Assembly (NCBI GenBank): GCA_963698035.1
Contig: OY969114.1
Coordinates: 390,001 to 422,000, forward strand
DNA from: Candidatus Saccharimonadota bacterium
GTDB lineage: Archaea > Micrarchaeota > Micrarchaeia > Micrarchaeales > Micrarchaeaceae
DNA: 32,000 nt
Direction of reading: 5' to 3'
Below, piece after piece: positions 1 to 6,886 of the stretch. Each line of letters opens with the position of its first letter. Within the stretch, counting starts at the first letter, position 1. The notes under the pieces were generated by a model. That model was given only the letters and a program-made list of their open reading frames with translations. It made no database searches and was not told the origin of the DNA. The position numbers and the translations under genes are program-made.

Positions 1-392
1 GCAACGAGCAGCGCGGTTACGTCGACGACGCCCTCTTCGACCTTGAGGGAGTCTAGGTTCGGCTCGGAGGCTACCTTCTTTACTCCTGCCCTCTGCGCAG
101 CCGCCTTGTCGTATACCTCCCTTGATGCCTTCTTGTAGCCTGTGCCTCTCTCTTTAGAGTACGCCCTGACGCCGTACATTTCGGTAGTAGGTACCTCTAT
201 TATCGTGCATGACCTGCTCGTTTCTGACGCTCTCGCACCTTCCTCCATTATCGCGACATGCGACATCCCTACTTTGTAGCCGACGATATTCGAGAACGTG
301 GGCTCCTTTCCTGATTTTTGGTGAGAGCGCAGCCTAGGGAGACGCCTGTAAGCTCTGCGCTTTTGCCAATACTGAAGTGATCCTCTTCTCAT
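1..392 (-). CDS. rpl3: ribosomal protein uL3, N-terminal ~130 codons (3' part runs off the window)
   Basis: Absent from the ORF track because it is open at the window edge. My minus-strand translation from ATG 392..390 reads MRRGSLQYWQKRRAYRRLPRLRSHQKSGKEPTFSNIVGYKVGMSHVAIMEE... RRGSLxxxxxKR and GYKxGMxHV are the conserved uL3 N-terminal motifs. In-frame GTG at 398..396 is an alternative start. Confidence 0.85.
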   Translation of the reverse strand, partial: MRRGSLQYWQKRRAYRRLPRLRSHQKSGKEPTFSNIVGYKVGMSHVAIMEEGARASETSRSCTIIEVPTTEMYGVRAYSKERGTGYKKASREVYDKAAAQRAGVKKVASEPNLDSLKVEEGVVDVTALLV

Positions 393-481
393 GCTCACAC
401 TTTAAGGATTTAGAACAGTCTTGACCGATAATCAGACCTGCTTCTTACCTTGGAACTACTGAATATATCCTCTCTTCATAT

Positions 482-757
482 TTATATATTTTTAGTTCTA
501 TCCCTGCCTGCAGATTTGCGGAAGTCCTTGCCGATTACGCTCTCTATGATCTGTATCTGGCGCATCATCGCGTTCATTGATGCCCTCAAGGCGGACGCAT
601 CTCCTGCCTTAATCGATATTGCAAAAGAGCTTGGTCCCTCCTTAATTGATATACTGCTTCTCTTGTAGGAACGGGGTTTTCCTATTATTTTCGTGTAGCT
701 GGCGGGCACTACCTTTGTTATCGTTATATTCGATTCGAACCTGCACTTTTGTGCCAT
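482..757 (-). CDS. KEOPS subunit Pcc1-like small protein
   Basis: 91-aa ORF starting 4 nt after the eL15 stop. The segment SIKAGDASALRASMNAMMRQIQIIESVI resembles the Pcc1 core (IKAxDxxALRxxxNsxLRxI) as I recall it from Pyrococcus Pcc1. Size fits. Confidence 0.55.
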   Translation of the reverse strand: MAQKCRFESNITITKVVPASYTKIIGKPRSYKRSSISIKEGPSSFAISIKAGDASALRASMNAMMRQIQIIESVIGKDFRKSAGRDRTKNI

Positions 758-761
758 AAAA

Positions 762-1328
762 TCAGCTTATTTCGTTGGCTCTCTTGCTTGGCCTTCTCTT
801 TATTGTGCCGTATCCCTTTCTCGATATGCCGCGGTGCTTCCTTCCCTGGAAGGTAATCCCCCTGTAGGATCTTCCCTTCTGGGCTATTATTACCGAATAG
901 TGCGGATCTGCCTGCAGCACTGACGATGCCCTATCGAGCAGGATTACCTCGAAAAACCTGTCAGACCCTGACGCCCCTACAAAGTACGAATTAAGCACCT
1001 CGCAATTGGAGAACTTCCTCGCCGCACGATCTTCGGCGATTGCCTGGAGCGACTTTGCCCTGGAGAAAAATCTTCCGCTTTTGGATGGCTTCCTCCCGCC
1101 GTCAGGGGCCTCTCTTTTGCTCATCCCCCCTCTCATCCTTACCCTTACGATTATTATCCCTTCCTTGGCCCTGTACCCCAGCTCCCTTGCCCTAGCTATG
1201 TTTGTTGGCCCGTCGGTCCTTGTTATCGGGGACTCCGTCCTCCACTTAATCATGCGCTCCTTGTAGATTTCGTTCCTCTGCTTGTATTCGTTAACGAAGG
1301 ATTTCTTCATCTGACCATACATGTTCAT
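762..1328 (-). CDS. rpl15e: ribosomal protein eL15
   Basis: 188 aa. Shows eL15 signatures WRxxxxxxRxxxPTRxxRARxLGYKAKxGxxxxRVRVRRGG (here IKWRTESPITRTDGPTNIARARELGYRAKEGIIIVRVRMRGG) and a basic C-terminus. Confidence 0.9.
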   Translation of the reverse strand: MNMYGQMKKSFVNEYKQRNEIYKERMIKWRTESPITRTDGPTNIARARELGYRAKEGIIIVRVRMRGGMSKREAPDGGRKPSKSGRFFSRAKSLQAIAEDRAARKFSNCEVLNSYFVGASGSDRFFEVILLDRASSVLQADPHYSVIIAQKGRSYRGITFQGRKHRGISRKGYGTIKRRPSKRANEIS

Positions 1329-1428
1329 TCAATCGCTTCTGACTTTACAAAAAGGTCAACAGATATTGATTCATTAACTATAAAAGTCTTCGTTTGGTGG
1401 CAGGTTTTGCGGTCTTCCGGCAGAATAG

Positions 1429-1443
1429 CTATATTTAAATATT
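1429..1443 (+). promoter_or_regulatory. TATA-box-like element upstream of tfe
   Basis: ctatatttaaatatt is centred about 26 nt upstream of ATG 1462. This would give a leaderless or near-leaderless transcript. Confidence 0.3.
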
Positions 1444-1461
1444 TGAGGTGCGTTATATTAT

Positions 1462-2220
1462 ATGACGGTGCTGCATCCAGTCCATCGAGTGTTTACAATG
1501 GCAAAGAAGTCAAAGGGGAGGCATAATGCCTCTAAAGCTAAAATTTCTAAAAGGTTGAACGCCTCAAGGAGGCCTCTCTCAAAGAGAATAAAGGTGAGGG
1601 TAGCTGCAAGGAACAGGCCCTCCGCCGCAACGAAGGTCACGGTAGAGGCACCGAAACGTTCAAAAAAGGATACCGCCCCTTCCGTATCGACGCCTGAAGA
1701 GATAAAGGAGGCGCTCGCTGGCTTGCTGAACAATGAGGGCACGCTTATGTTCCTCAAGAAGAACGTGAGCAAGTGGGCCCCAGATGTCCTCAACATGCTT
1801 ACTTCGCCGAAGACCGACGAGTACCTTGCCGAGCAGCTCGGCATGAAAATAAACGCGATTAGAAGGATACTCAATCTGATGCAGGGCTACGGAATAACGA
1901 ATTATTATGTTTCAAAGAACACAAACGGGTGGCTCTCGTTCGCTTGGTACATAAACGCGGGCAAGATACAGCCGTTCTTCGAGTACATAAACAGCGTATC
2001 GAACAGAAAGACCGTGATAACAGATGAATGCAACGATTACTTTATATGCAATGCGTGCTATCCGAAGGATAGGCTGATATTCACGTTTGATGCGGCGTTC
2101 GAGGCGCAATTCAAGTGCAGCGGCTGTGGGCAAAAGTTTGCCATGCTGAACCGTGACGGTGCGGCTGACCTGATGCGTGAAGTGCGTGCTCCAGAGAGCA
2201 CTGACGATGCCGAGATCTAG
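1462..2220 (+). CDS. tfe: transcription factor E alpha (TFE) with a long basic N-terminal extension
   Basis: Winged-helix region TDEYLAEQLGMKINAIRRILNLMQGYGITNY is followed by a zinc ribbon CNAC...CSGCG, the TFE/TFIIE-alpha layout. The start could instead be ATG 1498 (MAKKSKGRH...). Confidence 0.8.
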   Translation: MTVLHPVHRVFTMAKKSKGRHNASKAKISKRLNASRRPLSKRIKVRVAARNRPSAATKVTVEAPKRSKKDTAPSVSTPEEIKEALAGLLNNEGTLMFLKKNVSKWAPDVLNMLTSPKTDEYLAEQLGMKINAIRRILNLMQGYGITNYYVSKNTNGWLSFAWYINAGKIQPFFEYINSVSNRKTVITDECNDYFICNACYPKDRLIFTFDAAFEAQFKCSGCGQKFAMLNRDGAADLMREVRAPESTDDAEI

Positions 2221-2295
2221 CTTTCGATTCTAAAAATGTAGCTCGGTCTGCTTGTTTATATATTTTGCCGTCTAAAACATATTTGTATTTTATAA

Positions 2296-2370
2296 AGCGA
2301 GGTAGGGTAGTCTGGAGTGCCCGCTGGGCTCATAACCCAGAGATCAATGGTTCAAATCCATTCCTCGCTA
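2296..2370 (+). tRNA. initiator tRNA-Met (anticodon CAT)
   Basis: Hand-folded cloverleaf: acceptor AGCGAGG/CCTCGCT, D stem GGGT/GCCC, anticodon arm CTGGG-CTCATAA-CCCAG, T arm AATGG-TTCAAAT-CCATT, discriminator A. A1:U72 plus three G:C pairs closing the anticodon stem are initiator hallmarks. CCA is not encoded. Confidence 0.85.
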
Positions 2371-2391
2371 TAAAAATAAAAAAGGACAGTT

Positions 2392-2411
2392 GACCCTTTA
2401 CTTCCGCTAAT
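2392..2411. repeat. left arm of imperfect inverted repeat (ORB-like, reverse orientation)
   Basis: gaccctttacttccgctaat matches the reverse complement of 2501..2520 at 16 of 20 positions by my base-by-base comparison. Confidence 0.6.
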
Positions 2412-2500
2412 AAAGATTTTTTGAAACCTTATATATTGAAATCTTGTATAATAACCTTTATGTTTTATTTTTCATTATCATATATTATATAAAGCGCACG

Positions 2501-2520
2501 ATTAGTGGAAGTGTGGGGTC
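2501..2520. repeat. right arm of imperfect inverted repeat (ORB-like: AGTGGAA + spacer + GGGG)
   Basis: attagtggaagtgtggggtc. An AGTGGAA core followed 4 nt later by a G-run resembles archaeal origin recognition boxes as I remember them. Confidence 0.6.
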
Positions 2521-2526
2521 TAAGAG

Positions 2527-3018
2527 ATGACTACTGGAGATATGTCATACGATGTCCTTTGGCAGACGTATCAGAAGGAAAGGCAGTCCAACGAGCTGCA
2601 GCTCATGCCCAAAAACTTCTATGATAGCTTCAAGGAATTTATAAACTCGCACGCTACAGGCGCGGAGGACGAAAAGAGCCAGAAGGAGAACGCCGCAAAG
2701 CTACTCACCGGAATATTCGAAAAAAGGAGGCAGAAGATGCTGATATATGCAGCATACGGCAGGCAGTTGCCTTCACCCGCACCCCAGCAGGATGTTGAAT
2801 TCTACGAGCAGGCAATTAAGCTTTTAAAGTCGAATGCACTAGATTATAGCAAGGAAAAGCCTAAAGCTCAGACGCTGCGCTCCATGCAATCAATACCACA
2901 GATAATACTTCCGTCAGGGAGGAAGATAGGCCCGCTCGACAAGGAGCAGCTCATAGAAATAGAGGACAAGGAAGACACCACCTTCTTAATCAACAACGGA
3001 ATTTGCAGGCAGGCATAG
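2527..3018 (+). CDS. GINS subunit (Gins51/Gins15-like)
   Basis: 163 aa. N-terminal pattern YDVLWQTYQKERQSNELQLMPKNFYDSFKEFI and ENAAKLLTGIFEKRRQKMLIYA fit the helical A-domain of archaeal Gins51. A small C-terminal beta-type domain follows. Its position directly upstream of eL42 and aIF2alpha matches a known conserved archaeal neighbourhood. Confidence 0.55.
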   Translation: MTTGDMSYDVLWQTYQKERQSNELQLMPKNFYDSFKEFINSHATGAEDEKSQKENAAKLLTGIFEKRRQKMLIYAAYGRQLPSPAPQQDVEFYEQAIKLLKSNALDYSKEKPKAQTLRSMQSIPQIILPSGRKIGPLDKEQLIEIEDKEDTTFLINNGICRQA

Positions 3019-3025
3019 TGATTCA

Positions 3026-3310
3026 ATGAAGATGATCAAAGAGACTAGGACATACTGCCCAAAGTGCAACAAGCATACCCTGCATACGGTAAAGCTCTAC
3101 TCCAGCAAGCCGGCAAGCGGCCTCGGCGTCGGCGCAAGAAGGAGGAAAAGAAAGTTGAAGGGCTACCATGGCAAGGTGAAGGGCAAGGCAACGCAGACAA
3201 AGGCATCGAAGAGGCAGAAGATCCTCCTGGAGTGCAAGGAGTGCAAGTACGTAGTCGAAAGGGTTCTTGGCACAAGGACCAAGAAGAAGCTCGAGATAAA
3301 AGTACAGTGA
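3026..3310 (+). CDS. rpl44e: ribosomal protein eL42 (L44e)
   Basis: 94 aa with zinc-ribbon pairs CPKC...CKEC. RTYCPKCNKHTLHTV and the Lys/Arg-rich middle are typical of L44e. GTGAT (part of GGAGGTGATC) lies 3 nt upstream of the ATG. Confidence 0.9.
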   Translation: MKMIKETRTYCPKCNKHTLHTVKLYSSKPASGLGVGARRRKRKLKGYHGKVKGKATQTKASKRQKILLECKECKYVVERVLGTRTKKKLEIKVQ

Positions 3311-3316
3311 TTTAAA

Positions 3317-4108
3317 ATGCCATATGGAAATACACCAAGGATAGGGGAACTAGTCATAGCCCAGGTCTCCAAAATCTCGCAATTCGGCGCATACTGCAGG
3401 CTCCTCGAATACAACAACCTGGAGGTCTTCATGCCGATAAGGGAGGTCTCCTCCGGATGGATAAAGAACATCAGGGAGTTCATACACGAGGGGCAGAACC
3501 TCGTATGCAAGGTCACGCTTTACGACAAGGAGAGGAACACGATTGACGTCTCCCTGAAGAGGGTCACGCCAAAAGATGCCAAGGACAAGATAGGAATATA
3601 CAACCTTGAGAGGAGGCTCGCAGGCCTTCTGCAGCAGGCGGCCAAGCAGGCAGGATTGCAACCGAAGGACGAGATGCTCGGCAAGCTCCACTCCGAGTTC
3701 GGCAGCTATGCAAACCTCTTCCAGCAGGCGACCGCAAACTCCGAACAGTTCGAGAGGCTAAAGGTGCCAAAGAAGCTCAAGGAGGAGATACAGAAGGCGA
3801 TAGAGGCGAACAGGAAGGAAAAGCGGCACGACGTCTCTTACATAGCGACATTGGAAACTTACAACACCGAATCCGGTGCTACAGAACTGAGAGGCATGTT
3901 GACGGATGCGCAGAATGATGGGGTCGAGGTATCGTACATCAGCGCACCAAAGTACCGCTTCAGCTCGGAAGGCAAGGATTATGCAGAGGCGGAAGCAAAG
4001 ATAAAGAGGGTGGAGGTATCCATAACCTCTAAATTGAAGAAAGGCGTATTCAAGCTGGAGAAGGAGAAGCTAAGGAAGGAGAAGGAGGACATACTGGCGC
4101 AGATATGA
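3317..4108 (+). CDS. eif2a: translation initiation factor aIF2 alpha subunit
   Basis: 263 aa. N-terminal S1 domain PRIGELVIAQVSKISQFGAYCRLLEYNNLEVFMPIREVSSGWIKNIREFI is followed by helical and alpha-beta domains. GTGAT lies 5 nt upstream of the ATG. Confidence 0.9.
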   Translation: MPYGNTPRIGELVIAQVSKISQFGAYCRLLEYNNLEVFMPIREVSSGWIKNIREFIHEGQNLVCKVTLYDKERNTIDVSLKRVTPKDAKDKIGIYNLERRLAGLLQQAAKQAGLQPKDEMLGKLHSEFGSYANLFQQATANSEQFERLKVPKKLKEEIQKAIEANRKEKRHDVSYIATLETYNTESGATELRGMLTDAQNDGVEVSYISAPKYRFSSEGKDYAEAEAKIKRVEVSITSKLKKGVFKLEKEKLRKEKEDILAQI

Positions 4109-4112
4109 TTGC

Positions 4113-4907
4113 ATGGCAAAAGACGAGACATGGATAGTAGTAAAGAAAAAGGTGAAGCCGAACAAGCCGGTGCTTGTTGTAGGGCTGCCTGGAATCGGCA
4201 GCGTGGGCAGTCTGGTCGTCCACCACCTCAAGAACGAGTTCAATGCAACGAGGTTCGCCACATTGTATTCCGACCACTTTCCGCCTAGAGTGACAATGCT
4301 GAAAAATGGCACCATAAGGATGCCGTCAAACCGCTTCTACCTGCTGAAGAACAAAAAGAGCGGCCATGACATAGTGCTACTTCTCGGCGACGACCAGGCG
4401 GCAAGCGTAGAGGGGATGTACGCGGTCAACCAGAAGATAGTTGAGTTCTTCAAAAACACGCTCAAAGGCGAATTCATATACACGATTGGGGGTTATGGCG
4501 CCAGCGAGCCAATAACCGGCGCTCCAAAGGTCTTCGGCAACGCCTCCAGCAAAAAGGTAATCGAGCGGTTCGGCAAGACGGACATACTTTTCGGCAAATC
4601 AAGAGGGATGATACTCGGCGCGGCAGGCATGATAATCGGATTTGCAAAGATGAACGGCGTGCCAGCTGTCTGCCTCATGGGGGAGACCGCATTCGTAGGT
4701 CTTGATGCCGCAGCGGCAAAGGCGGTCCTGACGATACTCGGTACGCAGCTCAACCTCCCAATAGATACCAAAAATCTCGACAAGATAATAAATAAGACCG
4801 CCAATGCTCTGAAGGAGTTTGAGCAACAGATGATGCAGCAGCTGCAGATGCCGCAGCTGGGCCAGCAACCCGTCGCGCCAGACCAGAATCCAAGTTACAT
4901 AAGATAA
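4113..4907 (+). CDS. PAC2-family proteasome assembly chaperone-like protein (COG1938)
   Basis: 264 aa. PVLVVGLPGIGSVGSLVVHHL and VLLLGDDQA match the PAC2/PbaA-type motifs. It sits in the usual position downstream of aIF2alpha. Confidence 0.7.
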   Translation: MAKDETWIVVKKKVKPNKPVLVVGLPGIGSVGSLVVHHLKNEFNATRFATLYSDHFPPRVTMLKNGTIRMPSNRFYLLKNKKSGHDIVLLLGDDQAASVEGMYAVNQKIVEFFKNTLKGEFIYTIGGYGASEPITGAPKVFGNASSKKVIERFGKTDILFGKSRGMILGAAGMIIGFAKMNGVPAVCLMGETAFVGLDAAAAKAVLTILGTQLNLPIDTKNLDKIINKTANALKEFEQQMMQQLQMPQLGQQPVAPDQNPSYIR

Positions 4908-4993
4908 GCGCCAGTAGTCTAGCCTGGTAGGACACCAGCTTCCCAACTAAAAGGAAATAGCTGGATGCCCGGGTTCAAATCCCGGCTGGCGCA
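4908..4993 (+). tRNA. tRNA-Gly (anticodon CCC) with a 13-nt intron
   Basis: Acceptor GCGCCAG/CTGGCGC, D arm GTCT-AGCCTGGTA-GGAC, anticodon stem CCAGC/GCTGG enclosing 20 nt (a 7-nt loop TTCCCAA plus 13 extra nt), T arm CCGGG-TTCAAAT-CCCGG, discriminator A. It starts on the base after the PAC2 stop codon and ends 1 nt before the next gene's stop. Confidence 0.75.
4946..4958 (+). other. tRNA intron at the canonical 37/38 position
   Basis: ACTAAAAGGAAAT. Intron GGAA pairs with anticodon-loop TTCC to give a 4-bp helix. The 3' splice site lies in a 3-nt bulge and the 5' site in a 9-nt loop. The boundary can slide by 1 nt because of flanking A residues. Confidence 0.6.
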
Positions 4994-4994
4994 T

Positions 4995-5693
4995 CTAGAT
5001 CAATATAAGCGCCAGCACCAGAATTCCAACCATGCCGCCGCAGATGCTGCAGAAGAAGTTCGAGGTGAACTTGTTTCCGATCCCTTTCTCCTCAAAGTGG
5101 CCCAGCATTGAATCTACAAGTGTGCCCGCGAATCCACCAATTGTCGCTGCAAGGAGGACATAGAATGTCAATCCCGCAAGATTCACTGGGAATATTAGTG
5201 AAGCGATAGCGCCAAACGGTGCGGCTATCAGCACTGCAGCAAACAATCCTGCCGAGAGGCCGAGTGCGGTTATCCCTCCTGATACACCCCTCCTTACCTT
5301 GCGCATGTTCAGTATGTCACGCGGGATGCCATCAAGCAAGCCTATCTCGCTGCTGAACTTGTCAGCTGTTATTGAGGCTACGCTGCTCCCGAATCCCACC
5401 AGTGCCATGCAGGTCCAGAACGGGTGGCCCAGTGCCATTGAAAAGAAGACAACAACAGCGAATATCAGGGGGCCGCATCCGTTCGAAAGGACGTTGGCTA
5501 TGCTCCTGCTGGCCTCATAGACCCCCAGCTGCTTTTTGCGCTTCATCCCGCTCACAGTGACTATGGCAGACAGAATCAGGAAGTAGAGCATGAAGATTAC
5601 AAAAAAGAAGCGGAACCCATTTAGGACAAAGAGCACGAGCCCAAGCAGGACGGCTGCGGCAACCCCTTTTGCGTCGAGAGTAAGGAAGGTCAT
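4995..5693 (-). CDS. DUF92/TMEM19-family integral membrane protein (COG1836)
   Basis: 232 aa and polytopic. Motifs RSIANVLSNG, TADKFSSEIG, GGITALGLSAG and GTLVDSMLG match the DUF92 family pattern. Confidence 0.7.
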   Translation of the reverse strand: MTFLTLDAKGVAAAVLLGLVLFVLNGFRFFFVIFMLYFLILSAIVTVSGMKRKKQLGVYEASRSIANVLSNGCGPLIFAVVVFFSMALGHPFWTCMALVGFGSSVASITADKFSSEIGLLDGIPRDILNMRKVRRGVSGGITALGLSAGLFAAVLIAAPFGAIASLIFPVNLAGLTFYVLLAATIGGFAGTLVDSMLGHFEEKGIGNKFTSNFFCSICGGMVGILVLALILI

Positions 5694-5817
5694 TTATTTC
5701 ATTTTTATGAAAGTATATTCCACTATTTGTGACTCTAAGAAAGCTTTTTAAATCTATATTTTTATAGCTTACTACGGGTTCTCTACAGTAGGAAGGTCGT
5801 GAAGAACTGGTCGCCTT

Positions 5818-5854
5818 GCCAGCGTGTAACCCACGCTGGCACTAATTCTTTTTT
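5818..5854 (+). terminator. perfect 9-bp hairpin followed by a T6 run (possible end of a small RNA)
   Basis: gccagcgtg-taacc-cacgctggc (5818..5840), then actaattc and tttttt (5849..5854). It lies in a divergent intergenic region where no CDS needs a terminator. Confidence 0.35.
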
Positions 5855-5929
5855 ATCCAAATCCGAGCTCCAGCACTTGGTATCGCCATTTTAAATATCT
5901 ATTTGTCCATAAAATAATATCGTGTTCTT

Positions 5930-6877
5930 ATGCCAAAGGAAAAGGCCATACATGAGCTTGAGGACCTGCCCGGTATAGGCCCAACCACGGCCACAAAGCT
6001 GAAGGCAGCAGGAATCGACACTCTTGACAAGGTAGCCACGGCGTCGCCGCACGATATTGCAGAGATATCGGGCATCAGCGTCGAGGCGGCGAAGAAGGCC
6101 GTCCAGACGGCGCAGGAGTCCACGACCCTTGCATATGAGACTGGCGAGCAGGTCTACGAGAAGAGGATGCAGATAGGCAAGATATCGACAGGATCGAAGG
6201 ATCTGAACGAGCTCATAGGTGGGGGAGTAGAAACGAACGCGATAACCGAGACATACGGAAGGTTTGCAAGCGGAAAGACGCAGCTCGGCTTCCAGCTCGC
6301 TGTTGAGGTGCAGCAGCCAAAAAGCAAGGGAGGCCTCGAGGGCACCGCGCTCTTTGTTGACACAGAAGGCACATTTAGGCCAGAAAGAGTACAATCAATA
6401 GCCAAGGCAATGGGAATTGATTCGGAAAAGGCGCTAAGCAACATCCTCCTTGTCAGAGTGATAACAACAGAGCAGCAGATACTTACTCTTGACAGGGCCG
6501 ACAAGTTGATACAGGAGAAGAACATAAAACTGATAATAATAGACTCGTTGACATCCCTCTTCAGGGCGGAGTTCATAGGAAGAGGGGCATTGGGCGAGCG
6601 CCAGCAGAAGCTGAACCAGCACATACACAGGCTGCAGATGCTCGCAGACAAGTACAGCCTGGCAGCATACATAACCAACCAGGTCATGGACAATCCAGGC
6701 ATAATGTTCGGGGATCCGACTACGCCGATAGGCGGCAATGTCCTAGCCCATGCAGCGACAACAAGACTCTACATGAGGAAGAGCAAGGAGGAGAAGAGGA
6801 TAGTGAGGCTTGTCGACTCGCCCAACATGCCTGAGGGCGAATGTGTCATAAAGATTACTCCGGACGGGATATTGTAG
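5930..6877 (+). CDS. radA: DNA repair and recombination protein RadA
   Basis: 315 aa. N-terminal HhH LEDLPGIGPTTATKLKAAGI, Walker A GRFASGKTQ, Walker B KLIIIDSLTS, and the RadA/Rad51 C-terminal core. Confidence 0.95.
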   Translation: MPKEKAIHELEDLPGIGPTTATKLKAAGIDTLDKVATASPHDIAEISGISVEAAKKAVQTAQESTTLAYETGEQVYEKRMQIGKISTGSKDLNELIGGGVETNAITETYGRFASGKTQLGFQLAVEVQQPKSKGGLEGTALFVDTEGTFRPERVQSIAKAMGIDSEKALSNILLVRVITTEQQILTLDRADKLIQEKNIKLIIIDSLTSLFRAEFIGRGALGERQQKLNQHIHRLQMLADKYSLAAYITNQVMDNPGIMFGDPTTPIGGNVLAHAATTRLYMRKSKEEKRIVRLVDSPNMPEGECVIKITPDGIL

Positions 6878-6886
6878 CGTGATCGG

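Noticed and set aside
2392-2520. The inverted-repeat pair interpreted as a 129-bp MITE
   Set aside because: No target-site duplication flanks it (cagtt on the left, taaga on the right) and there is no second copy in the window. This is kept as an alternative explanation under the origin hypothesis.
3064-3315. 83-aa alternative-frame ORF inside the eL42 gene (very basic and acidic)
   Set aside because: The frame-0 product is a textbook L44e with zinc-ribbon cysteines. The overlapping frame is a by-product of Lys/Arg codon runs.
3310-4113. Search for short S27e and Nop10 ORFs expected beside eL42 and aIF2alpha
   Set aside because: The intergenic gaps are 6 and 4 nt, so there is no room for them. 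They are not encoded at this locus.
5716-5726. ttccacta, a mini-ORB-like core, in the AT-rich DUF92/radA intergenic region
   Set aside because: It is only an 8-mer with no adjacent G/C-run and no inverted partner. One such match is expected by chance in a window this size.
5902-5914. tttgtccataaaa between the radA TATA box and start codon matches 11 nt of the insertion's end motif (reverse complement of tttatggacaa)
   Set aside because: It is a single partial copy in AT-rich promoter DNA, so chance cannot be excluded. It is worth rechecking only if a binding protein for the motif is identified.
5891-6394. 167-aa minus-strand ORF overlapping the radA 5' half
   Set aside because: It is antisense to an unambiguous RadA reading frame and has no motifs.
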